Positions 7,985 to 15,566 of a stretch of 16,304 nucleotides of DNA are shown piece by piece (positions within the stretch are counted from its first letter, which is position 1; the number at the start of each line of letters is the position of its first letter). The DNA comes from Candidatus Zixiibacteriota bacterium (lineage in GTDB: Bacteria > Zixibacteria > MSB-5A5 > UBA10806 > 4484-95): NCBI GenBank assembly GCA_029932605.1, contig JAOZPT010000034.1, forward strand, positions 10,318 to 26,621. Direction: 5' to 3'. The translations under genes and the position numbers were made by a program. The notes beneath the pieces are model-generated. The model saw only the letters and a list, made by a program, of their open reading frames with translations, searched no databases and was not told where the DNA came from.

Positions 7985-9544
7985 ATGAAATTACAAAGGC
8001 TCACCTCTCTTGATGTGAGTATTTTGTCCGCCGAACTGGACGGATTGTTGAGAAACAGTGTTATTAAAGATATTGTCTTTAAAGCAAACGACATTTATTT
8101 TTTGTTTTCTAATCTCATCCTGCGCTATTTTGTTTTTGCCTCAAGCCCTTATTTCTTAAAGGGAAAGTACTTACCTGAAGGTGGTCGGTGGCTGCCAGAC
8201 ATAATAAATGGAAAAATCGAAAGGATAACCCAGAAGGAATCAGATAGGTTAATTCTCTTTGAAATCTCTGTCTTCGATAGGTTAGGGGGGAAAAAACAAT
8301 TCAATCTATACTTTGAATTTTTTCACAATGGAAATATCATCTTGACAAACAAAGACGATACGATTATAAAAACCTTAAGGCGTTCTAAAAAAAGGGACAC
8401 TAAATATAAAATATTCACACCAAAAGAGTTTAATATCCTTGCTTGCAAAGAAAATCATATTTTGAATTCACGGGAAATAGAAAAGTTAAAAACTTTGAAA
8501 CTTTTACAGTATGCATTGATTGATAATTACGGCCCTAGAGATTTGATAAAATTTATCTTTGAAATCAAAAATAATCCATCACCACACATTCTAAAGGATG
8601 TCGATGAGAAAATTTGTGGCTATTCTATTTACGGTCCACCGTTCAATGGTAATGTCTCCGGTCAAAAAACAGGCAGTCTTATTGAAGCTTTAACCTTGTA
8701 TCTCGAATCAAAGGTTTCTCTGTATTTCGCGAGAACTCCGGATTTTAAAAAGCACCTGAGAAAAGCGGAGACGAAACTAAAAACAATCCAAACCCGGCTT
8801 GAGCAAGCAAGTAAGTTTCGCCAGTACCGTCTTTATGGCGAATTATTGTTGATTAATATACATAAATTAAGAAAGGGTAAAAAGCTGGTTAATTTATCCA
8901 ACCCGTATTCAAAGCATAACGAGCCGATAGAGATACCTTTAAATCCGGCTGTAACCCCCGAAGAAAACGTCAGATATTATTTCAATAAAGCCCGCAAACT
9001 CGAAACCTCTATTCCTATTTTAAAAGAAAAACTAAAAGAACAAAAAAAGGAGATCGAGAGAATTAAGAAATCAGCCGACAGTTACATTTCCAGGGACGTA
9101 ATTGGTCAGACGGGTGTTAGGCCGAAAGCTGTAGAGAAAGCAAAAATGCCGTTTAAGTGTTATCAGCTGGATGGTGATTGGATGGTTTTTGTCGGCAGGT
9201 CAGCCTTGACCAATGATGAACTAACTTTTTCGTTTGCCAAAAAAGACGACATTTGGTTTCATGCCTGGCAGGCCAGCGGTTCCCATGTGGTTCTGAGAAG
9301 GCCTCAAAAGGGAGCAATACCCGATAAAAGAACTCTGCACAAGGCAGCTTCATTGGCAGCTTATTTCTCCAAAGCTAAAACCTCGGGTAAGGTGGCGGTG
9401 ATATATACCGAAGTGCGTTATGTCCGAAAAATAAAGAAACATCCCGGCAAGGTTACTGTAGCAAAAGAAAAACAGCTAATTGTTGAACCGGCTCATCCGG
9501 CAACCCTAGTTAAAATAAAAAAATTAGAATCTCGACCCGAATAA
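7985..9544 (+). CDS. rqcH: NFACT family protein, ribosome quality control factor RqcH (FbpA/Rqc2 homolog)
   Basis: NFACT-N with the ESDRLI (DR) motif and NIILT; YGELL, IPLNP...PEEN..YY.KARK and coiled-coil segments; NFACT-R motifs GRSALTNDELT, DIWFHA, GSHVV, AASLAAYFSKA and YTEVRYV. Confidence 0.9.
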   Translation: MKLQRLTSLDVSILSAELDGLLRNSVIKDIVFKANDIYFLFSNLILRYFVFASSPYFLKGKYLPEGGRWLPDIINGKIERITQKESDRLILFEISVFDRLGGKKQFNLYFEFFHNGNIILTNKDDTIIKTLRRSKKRDTKYKIFTPKEFNILACKENHILNSREIEKLKTLKLLQYALIDNYGPRDLIKFIFEIKNNPSPHILKDVDEKICGYSIYGPPFNGNVSGQKTGSLIEALTLYLESKVSLYFARTPDFKKHLRKAETKLKTIQTRLEQASKFRQYRLYGELLLINIHKLRKGKKLVNLSNPYSKHNEPIEIPLNPAVTPEENVRYYFNKARKLETSIPILKEKLKEQKKEIERIKKSADSYISRDVIGQTGVRPKAVEKAKMPFKCYQLDGDWMVFVGRSALTNDELTFSFAKKDDIWFHAWQASGSHVVLRRPQKGAIPDKRTLHKAASLAAYFSKAKTSGKVAVIYTEVRYVRKIKKHPGKVTVAKEKQLIVEPAHPATLVKIKKLESRPE

Positions 9545-9678
9545 TTTATAAACATATTTTTATATTTAAGCAGGAAGTTGTCAATTTACCGAATTGTTAT
9601 ATACTGACGTCATGGATGTGGAACCCATTAAAATTATGGTGTGTTTTTGTTGTCTAAAAGAATTTAATTATCGGCAAT

Positions 9679-9731
9679 GTAGCGCTATGTTTCATGTCGG
9701 GAGTGATTTCTGGGTAAGATGACCAAGCCAC
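9679..9731. repeat. Degenerate REP-like doublet related to 15245-15300
   Basis: 9711-9731 (TGGGTAAGATGACCAAGCCAC) matches 15277-15297 (TGGGCAGGATGCCCAAGCTAC) at 17/21. There is a GTAG foot at 9679 and an inverted GTGG foot at 9728-9731. Confidence 0.5.
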
Positions 9732-9839
9732 CTCTTAAAATGAAAAAGTTTATGAGTAATATAGGTTAAGCTTGGCATTCCGCATAAATATTAATTTTAC
9801 AAGGGACTTTGCATATAACCGAATTCTATTAAAACACAG

Positions 9840-9927
9840 AAGCGCCCCGAACAGATACATTTGATTATCTTAATATCGAATGGATTTGTTCAGGACGCTT
9901 TCAGTATAATCTTAATCGGACTGAAAG
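9840..9927 (-). terminator. Two adjacent stem-loops downstream of the peptidase gene (probable terminator or 3' stabiliser)
   Basis: A 26-bp imperfect inverted repeat at 9840-9865/9875-9900 (21/26), followed on the minus strand by CTGTGTTTT. A second, 8-bp perfect inverted repeat lies at 9898-9905/9920-9927, right after the stop codon. Confidence 0.55.
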
Positions 9928-9928
9928 A

Positions 9929-12043
9929 CTATTTTAGTAATATCAGTTTGTCGGTCAAACTCGATTTACCGCTTGAAAGCTTGATGAAGTATATCCCTGA
10001 TGTCATGTCCTCTGCATTCCAGCGGACCGAATGTTCACCAGCGCTTTGGTGGCCATTGTAAAGTGTGGTTACTTTTTGGCCAATTATGTTGAATACCTCA
10101 AGAGTGGTTTTTGCGGGGTTTGACAGGGTGTAACTGATAGTGGTTGACAGGTTAAATGGGTTTGGAAAAGCTGGATGTAGATCGATTCGATTGGGTATAA
10201 CAGAAACATTGTCGTCAATTCCAACATGCTCGACATTCATCGTGATAGGGATATCGTTTGTGAAATTATGTGGATCGTTTGTCAAAAGCCTTAGTTTGGC
10301 CTCATATGAACTATCTGGCAACTCCCCAGCGCTGAAGGTTACCGCTGTTAGGACATTATCCGAAGGTGGGATGATGCCATTGGTAGGACTTATATCGACC
10401 CAGGTTAATGGTATTGGTGGAGGTCCAAGGTAGAACTCTATGGCCAGTGAATCGTGAACATAATATGTATTCAGTGCTACTTCAAGTCCAACCGTGCCGG
10501 ATTGGTTTTCGATACCGATGGAAGATTCATTCAATCTGCCGGGCCCCATGCTGTCGTATTGATAGATTATCTTATCGGGGGCTACGATTATAATCTGGAA
10601 AGTGAAGATACCCTCTTGCCGCCAATCGGGGACATGATCCCAGGTTATAATTGCGGTATCGGAATTGTTTGTATAAAACAAGCCACGTCCACCATTTTCA
10701 AAATTCATATCATCGAAAAAGACAGCCAACATGTTATTGGGTGGCTCAGGATGAGGTATGGGCTGATTTCCCCATTCAACCGAGACGCCGTCTGTGAATG
10801 ATGCCCATCCATTAGTGCAGACATTTATCGAATCAAATTCATTACCATAAAATTCGAAGGTGAAACCCAGAGGGAGGGGACCAGAGTTGCCATCATCGAT
10901 GTCACTACCGAAATCTATTATTTCACCTGTTCCTGAGATATCTATCCAGTTATATGTGGGGCCCTCGGATGTATCACAGTCAAACCAGTAGTAACCAAAC
11001 GAATCCTGCTCAATGATATGTACTGCTTGCAGCGAATAAACCAGATCGCCATCGCCTACGTTGGATATATCCAGGAATTCAGTAACCTCGCCACCAGGGG
11101 GGAGATTAACCTCGATTGAGTTGGGAGAATATTCCAGTTGAGCCGAGGATTCTACATAGATAGGTCGTTGGGTGTAACCACCGATCCCTGCTGAACCATA
11201 TTTAATATAAAAAAAGCCTTCTTCTCCCCAATCCTCTCCCCAGCTATTTTTACAGATCCATGCCCCATAACCATCGCACATATTATCATCCCAGCCGATG
11301 AGGACAACAGCATGGTTTGCAGGGTCGCCGCCGGCATGCTCGTAACATCCACCAGGATAATTCAAGAAATCATTATAAACGGTAAAGGTCGTAGACAGCG
11401 GACCGAACATAAGAGCGTTTTTTATAGCATTGACGTTGTTAGGAATATCCTCGAATCCTAAAAGTTGGGCGATTGGTTCGCATTCCTCCTGGGTACAGGG
11501 GACGGTGTCGTCAGCTTCGTACGGCATGCATGATTCATCCACAGCTCCATAGTCCATAAAAAGATTGTAAGCATCCTCCATCCAGCCGCCATCGCAACTT
11601 GAGCCACCCGTATTGCATGATAGCACCTGTTGCTCGGAGAAATCGGGCATTATACCCTCGGCAATCCAGTAAACAGATTCAAAGGCGCCGGTGGCAGCAA
11701 AATCCCAGCATGAACCGCAATTGGCCTGGTCTTTAACCGGTGTCACCCGATCAAATTCTCGCCAGTCAAAAACAGTCTCGGTATTAAGAAGTGCTGGAGG
11801 AGGAAGTTTGTCCAGTTCAGCAAACCTCAATTTAACATCCTCGGGAATGACTAACCCGAGGTTTGCTATTCTTTCCTCCAATGACAAATCCATCATAGCG
11901 GTTTGAACGGTGGTCTGGCTCAGGCCTTTTTCCTCTATCATTTTTTGAGTTTGCTTAATTTCCTCAGAGACTTGGGCGTTAACTGTAAAAATAGGCAAAA
12001 CCATCAAGCTTGCCATTGTTAAGATAATAGCAGTTTTACGCAT
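9929..12043 (-). CDS. Secreted papain-family (C1A) cysteine peptidase with accessory beta-rich domains and a T9SS type A-like C-terminal sorting domain
   Basis: Signal peptide MRKTAIILTMASLMVLPIFTVNA and a propeptide; FDWR and DQANCGSCW (Gln, catalytic Cys at codon 11710-11708), ANHAV (His), KNSWG (Asn) and WGEEGFF. These are followed by a PLGFTFEFYG...TNGW...FFDDM domain and a PNPFN...SGIYFIKL...KLILLK tail. RBS AAGGAGG. Confidence 0.92.
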   Translation of the reverse strand: MRKTAIILTMASLMVLPIFTVNAQVSEEIKQTQKMIEEKGLSQTTVQTAMMDLSLEERIANLGLVIPEDVKLRFAELDKLPPPALLNTETVFDWREFDRVTPVKDQANCGSCWDFAATGAFESVYWIAEGIMPDFSEQQVLSCNTGGSSCDGGWMEDAYNLFMDYGAVDESCMPYEADDTVPCTQEECEPIAQLLGFEDIPNNVNAIKNALMFGPLSTTFTVYNDFLNYPGGCYEHAGGDPANHAVVLIGWDDNMCDGYGAWICKNSWGEDWGEEGFFYIKYGSAGIGGYTQRPIYVESSAQLEYSPNSIEVNLPPGGEVTEFLDISNVGDGDLVYSLQAVHIIEQDSFGYYWFDCDTSEGPTYNWIDISGTGEIIDFGSDIDDGNSGPLPLGFTFEFYGNEFDSINVCTNGWASFTDGVSVEWGNQPIPHPEPPNNMLAVFFDDMNFENGGRGLFYTNNSDTAIITWDHVPDWRQEGIFTFQIIIVAPDKIIYQYDSMGPGRLNESSIGIENQSGTVGLEVALNTYYVHDSLAIEFYLGPPPIPLTWVDISPTNGIIPPSDNVLTAVTFSAGELPDSSYEAKLRLLTNDPHNFTNDIPITMNVEHVGIDDNVSVIPNRIDLHPAFPNPFNLSTTISYTLSNPAKTTLEVFNIIGQKVTTLYNGHQSAGEHSVRWNAEDMTSGIYFIKLSSGKSSLTDKLILLK

Positions 12044-12082
12044 CGTACCTCCTTAGAAAAATATCATAGACTTTTCAATCTT

Positions 12083-12110
12083 AATTTACTATCCGTTTAT
12101 CGGTAGTCAA
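12083..12110 (-). promoter_or_regulatory. Putative promoter for the peptidase gene
   Basis: Minus-strand TTGACT (12110-12105), a 16-bp spacer and TAAATT (12088-12083). The AT-rich context lowers specificity. Confidence 0.4.
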
Positions 12111-12355
12111 TAGAAAAATAATTATTCTAATTGGATATATCATCTTATATATGAAACATTAAAGAATTTAAGTATATACGTACCTCATGAAACTTATTCT
12201 AATCTCCAAAAGACTTTGTCAATTTAATTGTTGAACGATAAAGAAGGATTTAACCCCCAAGCGAGTTCGAATGATTTCAATTAATATCATTGTTTCACAA
12301 ATTCTACTGAGTTATAGCTTGCAATTTGTTTAATTGATTTATATATATTTGCGGT

Positions 12356-13267
12356 ATGAGTCAGAGATTCTGGGATGATTGCTATGATCTGTTTTTAAGG
12401 CACTTAAAAAGTGGTGCTCGTTATTCAGTTAATACTGCGATTGCCTATAAAAGCGATATTGGGGGATTTATTAAATATCTTTCCAAAAAGGAGGTTAATA
12501 CTTTTGAGGTTTCCCAATTCGTTGTTAGGGGTTTTTTGATATCACTGAGAAAGGCCGGTCTTAAAGGTTGTTCTATCGCACGTAAATTAGAGGCATTGAA
12601 GGTGTTTTTTGATTATCTCGTATCGATTAAAAAGGTAAAGCATAATCCGGCACGATTAGTTGAACCCATCAGGATAGAACCCTATCGGGCTGAGTATCTT
12701 TCAGAGGAGGAGGCCCGTTTTTTAATTGAGCATGGCTGGGTAGGTAGTGGGTTTAGGTCTTCTCGAGACAGAGCCATGGTTGAGATTTTTTACGGTTGTG
12801 GTTTAAGGTTGTCTGAACTTGTCAGTATGGATCTTAAAGACCTTGATTTTCAGAACTATCTTGTGACGGTTTTGGGTAAGGGTGGTAAATTTCGCCAGGT
12901 GCCTGTGGGTAGCCAGGCGATTAAATCAGTTTCAGAGTATTTAATCGAAAGAGCAAAGCTCTTAACGCAATTGCATAGGGAGTCTCAGAAAGCTGTATTT
13001 CTGAATACTCGCGGTAATCGAATCACCTCGAGGAGCACCGCCCGCATTATCAAGGAACATCTAAGGCGTTGTTCGGAGAAGACCGGTTTATCGACGCACA
13101 GCCTACGGCATTCTTTCGCCACACACCTTTTGACAGCCGGGGCAAATTTGCGAGCGGTTCAGCAGATGCTCGGACATTCCTCTTTAAAGACAACTCAGAA
13201 ATATAGTCATATAACGACCGGCAGATTGATCTCGGTCTATAGACGTGCTCACCCCCGGGCACATTGA
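12356..13267 (+). CDS. xerC: Tyrosine recombinase XerC
   Basis: RDRAMVEIFYGCGLRLSEL, VLGKGGK, HSLRHSFATHLL, LGHSS and TQKY give the complete R-K-H-R-H-Y set. The position upstream of hslVU is typical of chromosomal xerC/codV. Confidence 0.88.
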   Translation: MSQRFWDDCYDLFLRHLKSGARYSVNTAIAYKSDIGGFIKYLSKKEVNTFEVSQFVVRGFLISLRKAGLKGCSIARKLEALKVFFDYLVSIKKVKHNPARLVEPIRIEPYRAEYLSEEEARFLIEHGWVGSGFRSSRDRAMVEIFYGCGLRLSELVSMDLKDLDFQNYLVTVLGKGGKFRQVPVGSQAIKSVSEYLIERAKLLTQLHRESQKAVFLNTRGNRITSRSTARIIKEHLRRCSEKTGLSTHSLRHSFATHLLTAGANLRAVQQMLGHSSLKTTQKYSHITTGRLISVYRRAHPRAH

Positions 13268-13287
13268 ACACTTTGATGGGAGGTTTA

Positions 13288-13812
13288 ATGATTGGGACAA
13301 CAGTATTAGGAATTGTCAGCAAACGGGGAGTGGCGCTTGGTTCTGATGGTCAGATATCTTTAGAGAGTACCATAATGAAGGCAAAGGCTGTGAAAATTCG
13401 CAAGCTTTATAATGACACAGTGCTGGCGGGTTTTGCCGGTGCCACTGCCGATGCTTTAACGTTGTTTGAAAAATTTGAAACGAAACTCTCGGAGTATTCA
13501 GGCCACCTTGAACGTGCTGCCATAGAACTCACCAAAGATTGGCGCACCGACAAATACCTCAGACGGCTGGAGGCTCTGCTTATAGTGATGGATAAAAAAC
13601 ATGGATTGGTGATTAGCGGTAATGGTGACGTTATCGAACCTGATGATGGTATCCTATCAATAGGTTCGGGAGGGGCTTATGCGTTAGCTGCCGCCCGGGC
13701 AATGCTTCACAGTTCGAAGCTACCGATTAAGAATATAGTTGAAAAATCGTTGCTTATCGCCGCTTCGATTTGTATCTATACTAATGATAACATCGTAGTG
13801 GAAACACTTTAA
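13288..13812 (+). CDS. hslV: ATP-dependent protease peptidase subunit HslV (ClpQ)
   Basis: Start re-assigned to ATG 13288 after GGGAGG at 13278-13283. MIG-TT N-terminal Thr nucleophile, GFAGATADA, WRTDKYLRRLEA, GDVIEP, IGSGG and ICIYTN motifs. Confidence 0.96.
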   Translation: MIGTTVLGIVSKRGVALGSDGQISLESTIMKAKAVKIRKLYNDTVLAGFAGATADALTLFEKFETKLSEYSGHLERAAIELTKDWRTDKYLRRLEALLIVMDKKHGLVISGNGDVIEPDDGILSIGSGGAYALAAARAMLHSSKLPIKNIVEKSLLIAASICIYTNDNIVVETL

Positions 13813-13828
13813 CAGAGGATGGACTTAG

Positions 13829-15181
13829 TTGGAAAAGGAACTTACACCCAGAGAAATTGTCGCTGAACTTGATAAATATATTATTGGTCAGGACAAAGCT
13901 AAGAAGATGGTTGCCATTGCTATACGTAATCGCTGGCGACGACAAAGGGTTTCTGGACCGCTCAAAGATGAAATAATGCCTAATAATATTATCATGATTG
14001 GCCCGACCGGTGTTGGTAAAACCGAGATAGCCCGACGATTGGCTAACCTGACACGTGCTCCATTTATTAAAGTGGAAGCCTCGAAATATACAGAGATTGG
14101 CTATGTTGGACGGGATGTGGAATCGATGGTGAGGGAATTAACCGATTTAGCTGTCAATATGGTTAAAAAAGAAAAACAGGCACAAGTAGAAAAAAAGGCC
14201 TCGATTCTGGCCGAGGAAAGGCTTTTGGATATTCTTCTCCCCTCAAGTGCAAAAAAGCAGAAGCAGGGTGTTAGCATCTCTGAGGAGCAGGCCAGGAAGA
14301 GTCAAGTTACCAGGGAAAAGTTAAAAAAGCAGTTAGATGAGGGTAAACTTGACAAACGCAACATCGAGCTTGATGTACCCAACGAGAGGTTTCCTGTGGT
14401 TGAGGTCTTTTCGCCGATGGGTATTGAGGAGATAGGATTCAATATCCAGGAGATGTTTTCCGGAATGATGCCAAAAAAGACCCGCAAACGGCGGGTGACG
14501 GTTTCAGAGGCTTACCGTATCTTGACCCAGGAGGAAACGGTCAGACTGATAGATTTCGATGAGGTGGTATCTGAGTCTATAAACCGGGTGGAGAATTCAG
14601 GCATTATTTTCATAGATGAGCTAGACAAGATTGCCGGCGAGAGATCGAAAACAGGACCTGATGTTTCTCGCGAGGGTGTTCAGCGTGATATACTTCCCAT
14701 TGTCGAGGGGACAAATGTAATGACCAAATACGGGATGGTTAAAACCGACCATGTTCTATTTATCGCCGCCGGCGCTTTTCATATATCCAAACCCTCCGAT
14801 TTGATACCCGAGCTCCAGGGAAGGTTTCCCATACGGGTGGAGCTTGATACTCTTACCGAAAAAGATTTCGTGCGCATACTCACCGAGCCGGAGAATGCCC
14901 TCATCAAACAATACAAAGAGCTTCTAGCAACCGAGGGGATAGAGATAGCTTTCGAGAAAAAAGGTATCCAGGAGATTGCAAGAATCGCTGCCGAGGTCAA
15001 CTCCCGCACCGAGAATATCGGTGCCAGGCGACTTCATACCGTGATGACAACGCTTTTAGAAGACCTCATGTATAAAGCTCCTGAGGTTAAAGTAAAAAAA
15101 TTGAGGGTTACAAGAAAACTCGTAGCGGATACTCTGAAACATATCGTAGAGGATAAAGATTTAAGCAGGTATATTTTGTAG
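13829..15181 (+). CDS. hslU: ATP-dependent protease ATPase subunit HslU (ClpY)
   Basis: TPREIV, Walker [13 protein letters not shown] pore loop, Walker [27 protein letters not shown] and C-terminal SRYIL. TTG start with GAGGA upstream. Confidence 0.97.
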   Translation: MEKELTPREIVAELDKYIIGQDKAKKMVAIAIRNRWRRQRVSGPLKDEIMPNNIIMIGPTGVGKTEIARRLANLTRAPFIKVEASKYTEIGYVGRDVESMVRELTDLAVNMVKKEKQAQVEKKASILAEERLLDILLPSSAKKQKQGVSISEEQARKSQVTREKLKKQLDEGKLDKRNIELDVPNERFPVVEVFSPMGIEEIGFNIQEMFSGMMPKKTRKRRVTVSEAYRILTQEETVRLIDFDEVVSESINRVENSGIIFIDELDKIAGERSKTGPDVSREGVQRDILPIVEGTNVMTKYGMVKTDHVLFIAAGAFHISKPSDLIPELQGRFPIRVELDTLTEKDFVRILTEPENALIKQYKELLATEGIEIAFEKKGIQEIARIAAEVNSRTENIGARRLHTVMTTLLEDLMYKAPEVKVKKLRVTRKLVADTLKHIVEDKDLSRYIL

Positions 15182-15233
15182 GCTGGACAAAACAATGTTC
15201 TGTCCAAGCTTTTCCCACCCGATGGGTGGGTAC
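15177..15233. repeat. REP-like heterologous hairpin doublet, copy 1
   Basis: TGTAG (overlapping the hslU stop)-GCT-GGACAAAACA-A-TGTTCTGTCC-AAGCTTTT-CCCACCC-GAT-GGGTGGG-TAC. 15196-15231 is identical to 15495-15530 (36 bp), and identity is 45/47 over 15185-15231. Confidence 0.85.
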
Positions 15234-15244
15234 TTATATAACTG

Positions 15245-15300
15245 TATGTAACACTGGCATCTTTGCCAGTGGTTCTTGGGCAGGATGCCCAAGCTACATA
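15245..15300. repeat. REP-like hairpin doublet (GGCATC..TGCC core)
   Basis: TATGTAA-CACTGGCA-TCTT-TGCCAGTG-GTT-CTTGGGCA-GGA-TGCCCAAG-CTACATA. Two perfect 8-bp hairpins with inverted GTAA/GTAG feet. Confidence 0.8.
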
Positions 15301-15440
15301 AATTTTTGGATGGTGTACCGGTGTCTTTTAAGATGTATGATGATAAATTTATATTTCATCACGAAGAACGAAGTGACAAGATAATCCCCTGATATAATAA
15401 AGAGTTGATATTGTTTCCACCATGAGTCGCAATGAAAAAA

Positions 15441-15464
15441 GTAACTCACCGATGGGTAGGTTAC
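15441..15464. repeat. Single REP-like palindrome related to the right half of the doublets
   Basis: GTAACTCACCGATGGGTAGGTTAC. CCGATGGGTAGGTTACAATTT (15449-15469) matches 15518-15538 at 20/21. Confidence 0.7.
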
Positions 15465-15476
15465 AATTTCTATTTC

Positions 15477-15536
15477 ATTGTAGGGACAGAACACTGTTCT
15501 GTCCAAGCTTTTCCCACCCGATGGGTGGGTTACAAT
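15477..15536. repeat. REP-like heterologous hairpin doublet, copy 2 (most intact)
   Basis: ATTGTAG-GGACAGAACA-C-TGTTCTGTCC-AAGCTTTT-CCCACCC-GAT-GGGTGGG-TTACAAT. Perfect 10-bp and 7-bp palindromes with inverted ATTGTA/TACAAT ends. Confidence 0.85.
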
Positions 15537-15566
15537 TTATTATTATCAAGTTTTTCATGGAAACCT

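Noticed and set aside
9777..9804. dif-like site starting ATTCCGCATAA
   Set aside because: It resembles a XerC arm, but no TTATGTTAAAT-like XerD arm follows at 6-bp spacing.
12356..13267. Tyrosine recombinase as a prophage, ICE or integron integrase
   Set aside because: Its size (303 aa), XerC-like motifs and position ahead of hslVU indicate the housekeeping gene. I see no att repeats, tRNA or attC sites.
13264..13287. Longer hslV start (TTG 13264)
   Set aside because: GGGAGG at 13278-13283 supports ATG 13288, which gives a typical short leader before the catalytic Thr.
307..15009. Numerous 60-126 aa antisense or alternate-frame ORFs within sdh, topA, yicC, rqcH, the peptidase, xerC and hslU
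   Set aside because: They are shadows of well-supported genes, with no recognisable motifs.
15196..15530. 36-bp identical direct repeats as a CRISPR array
   Set aside because: There are only two full copies, 299 bp apart, with no regular spacers and no cas genes. Their structure fits REP-like doublets.
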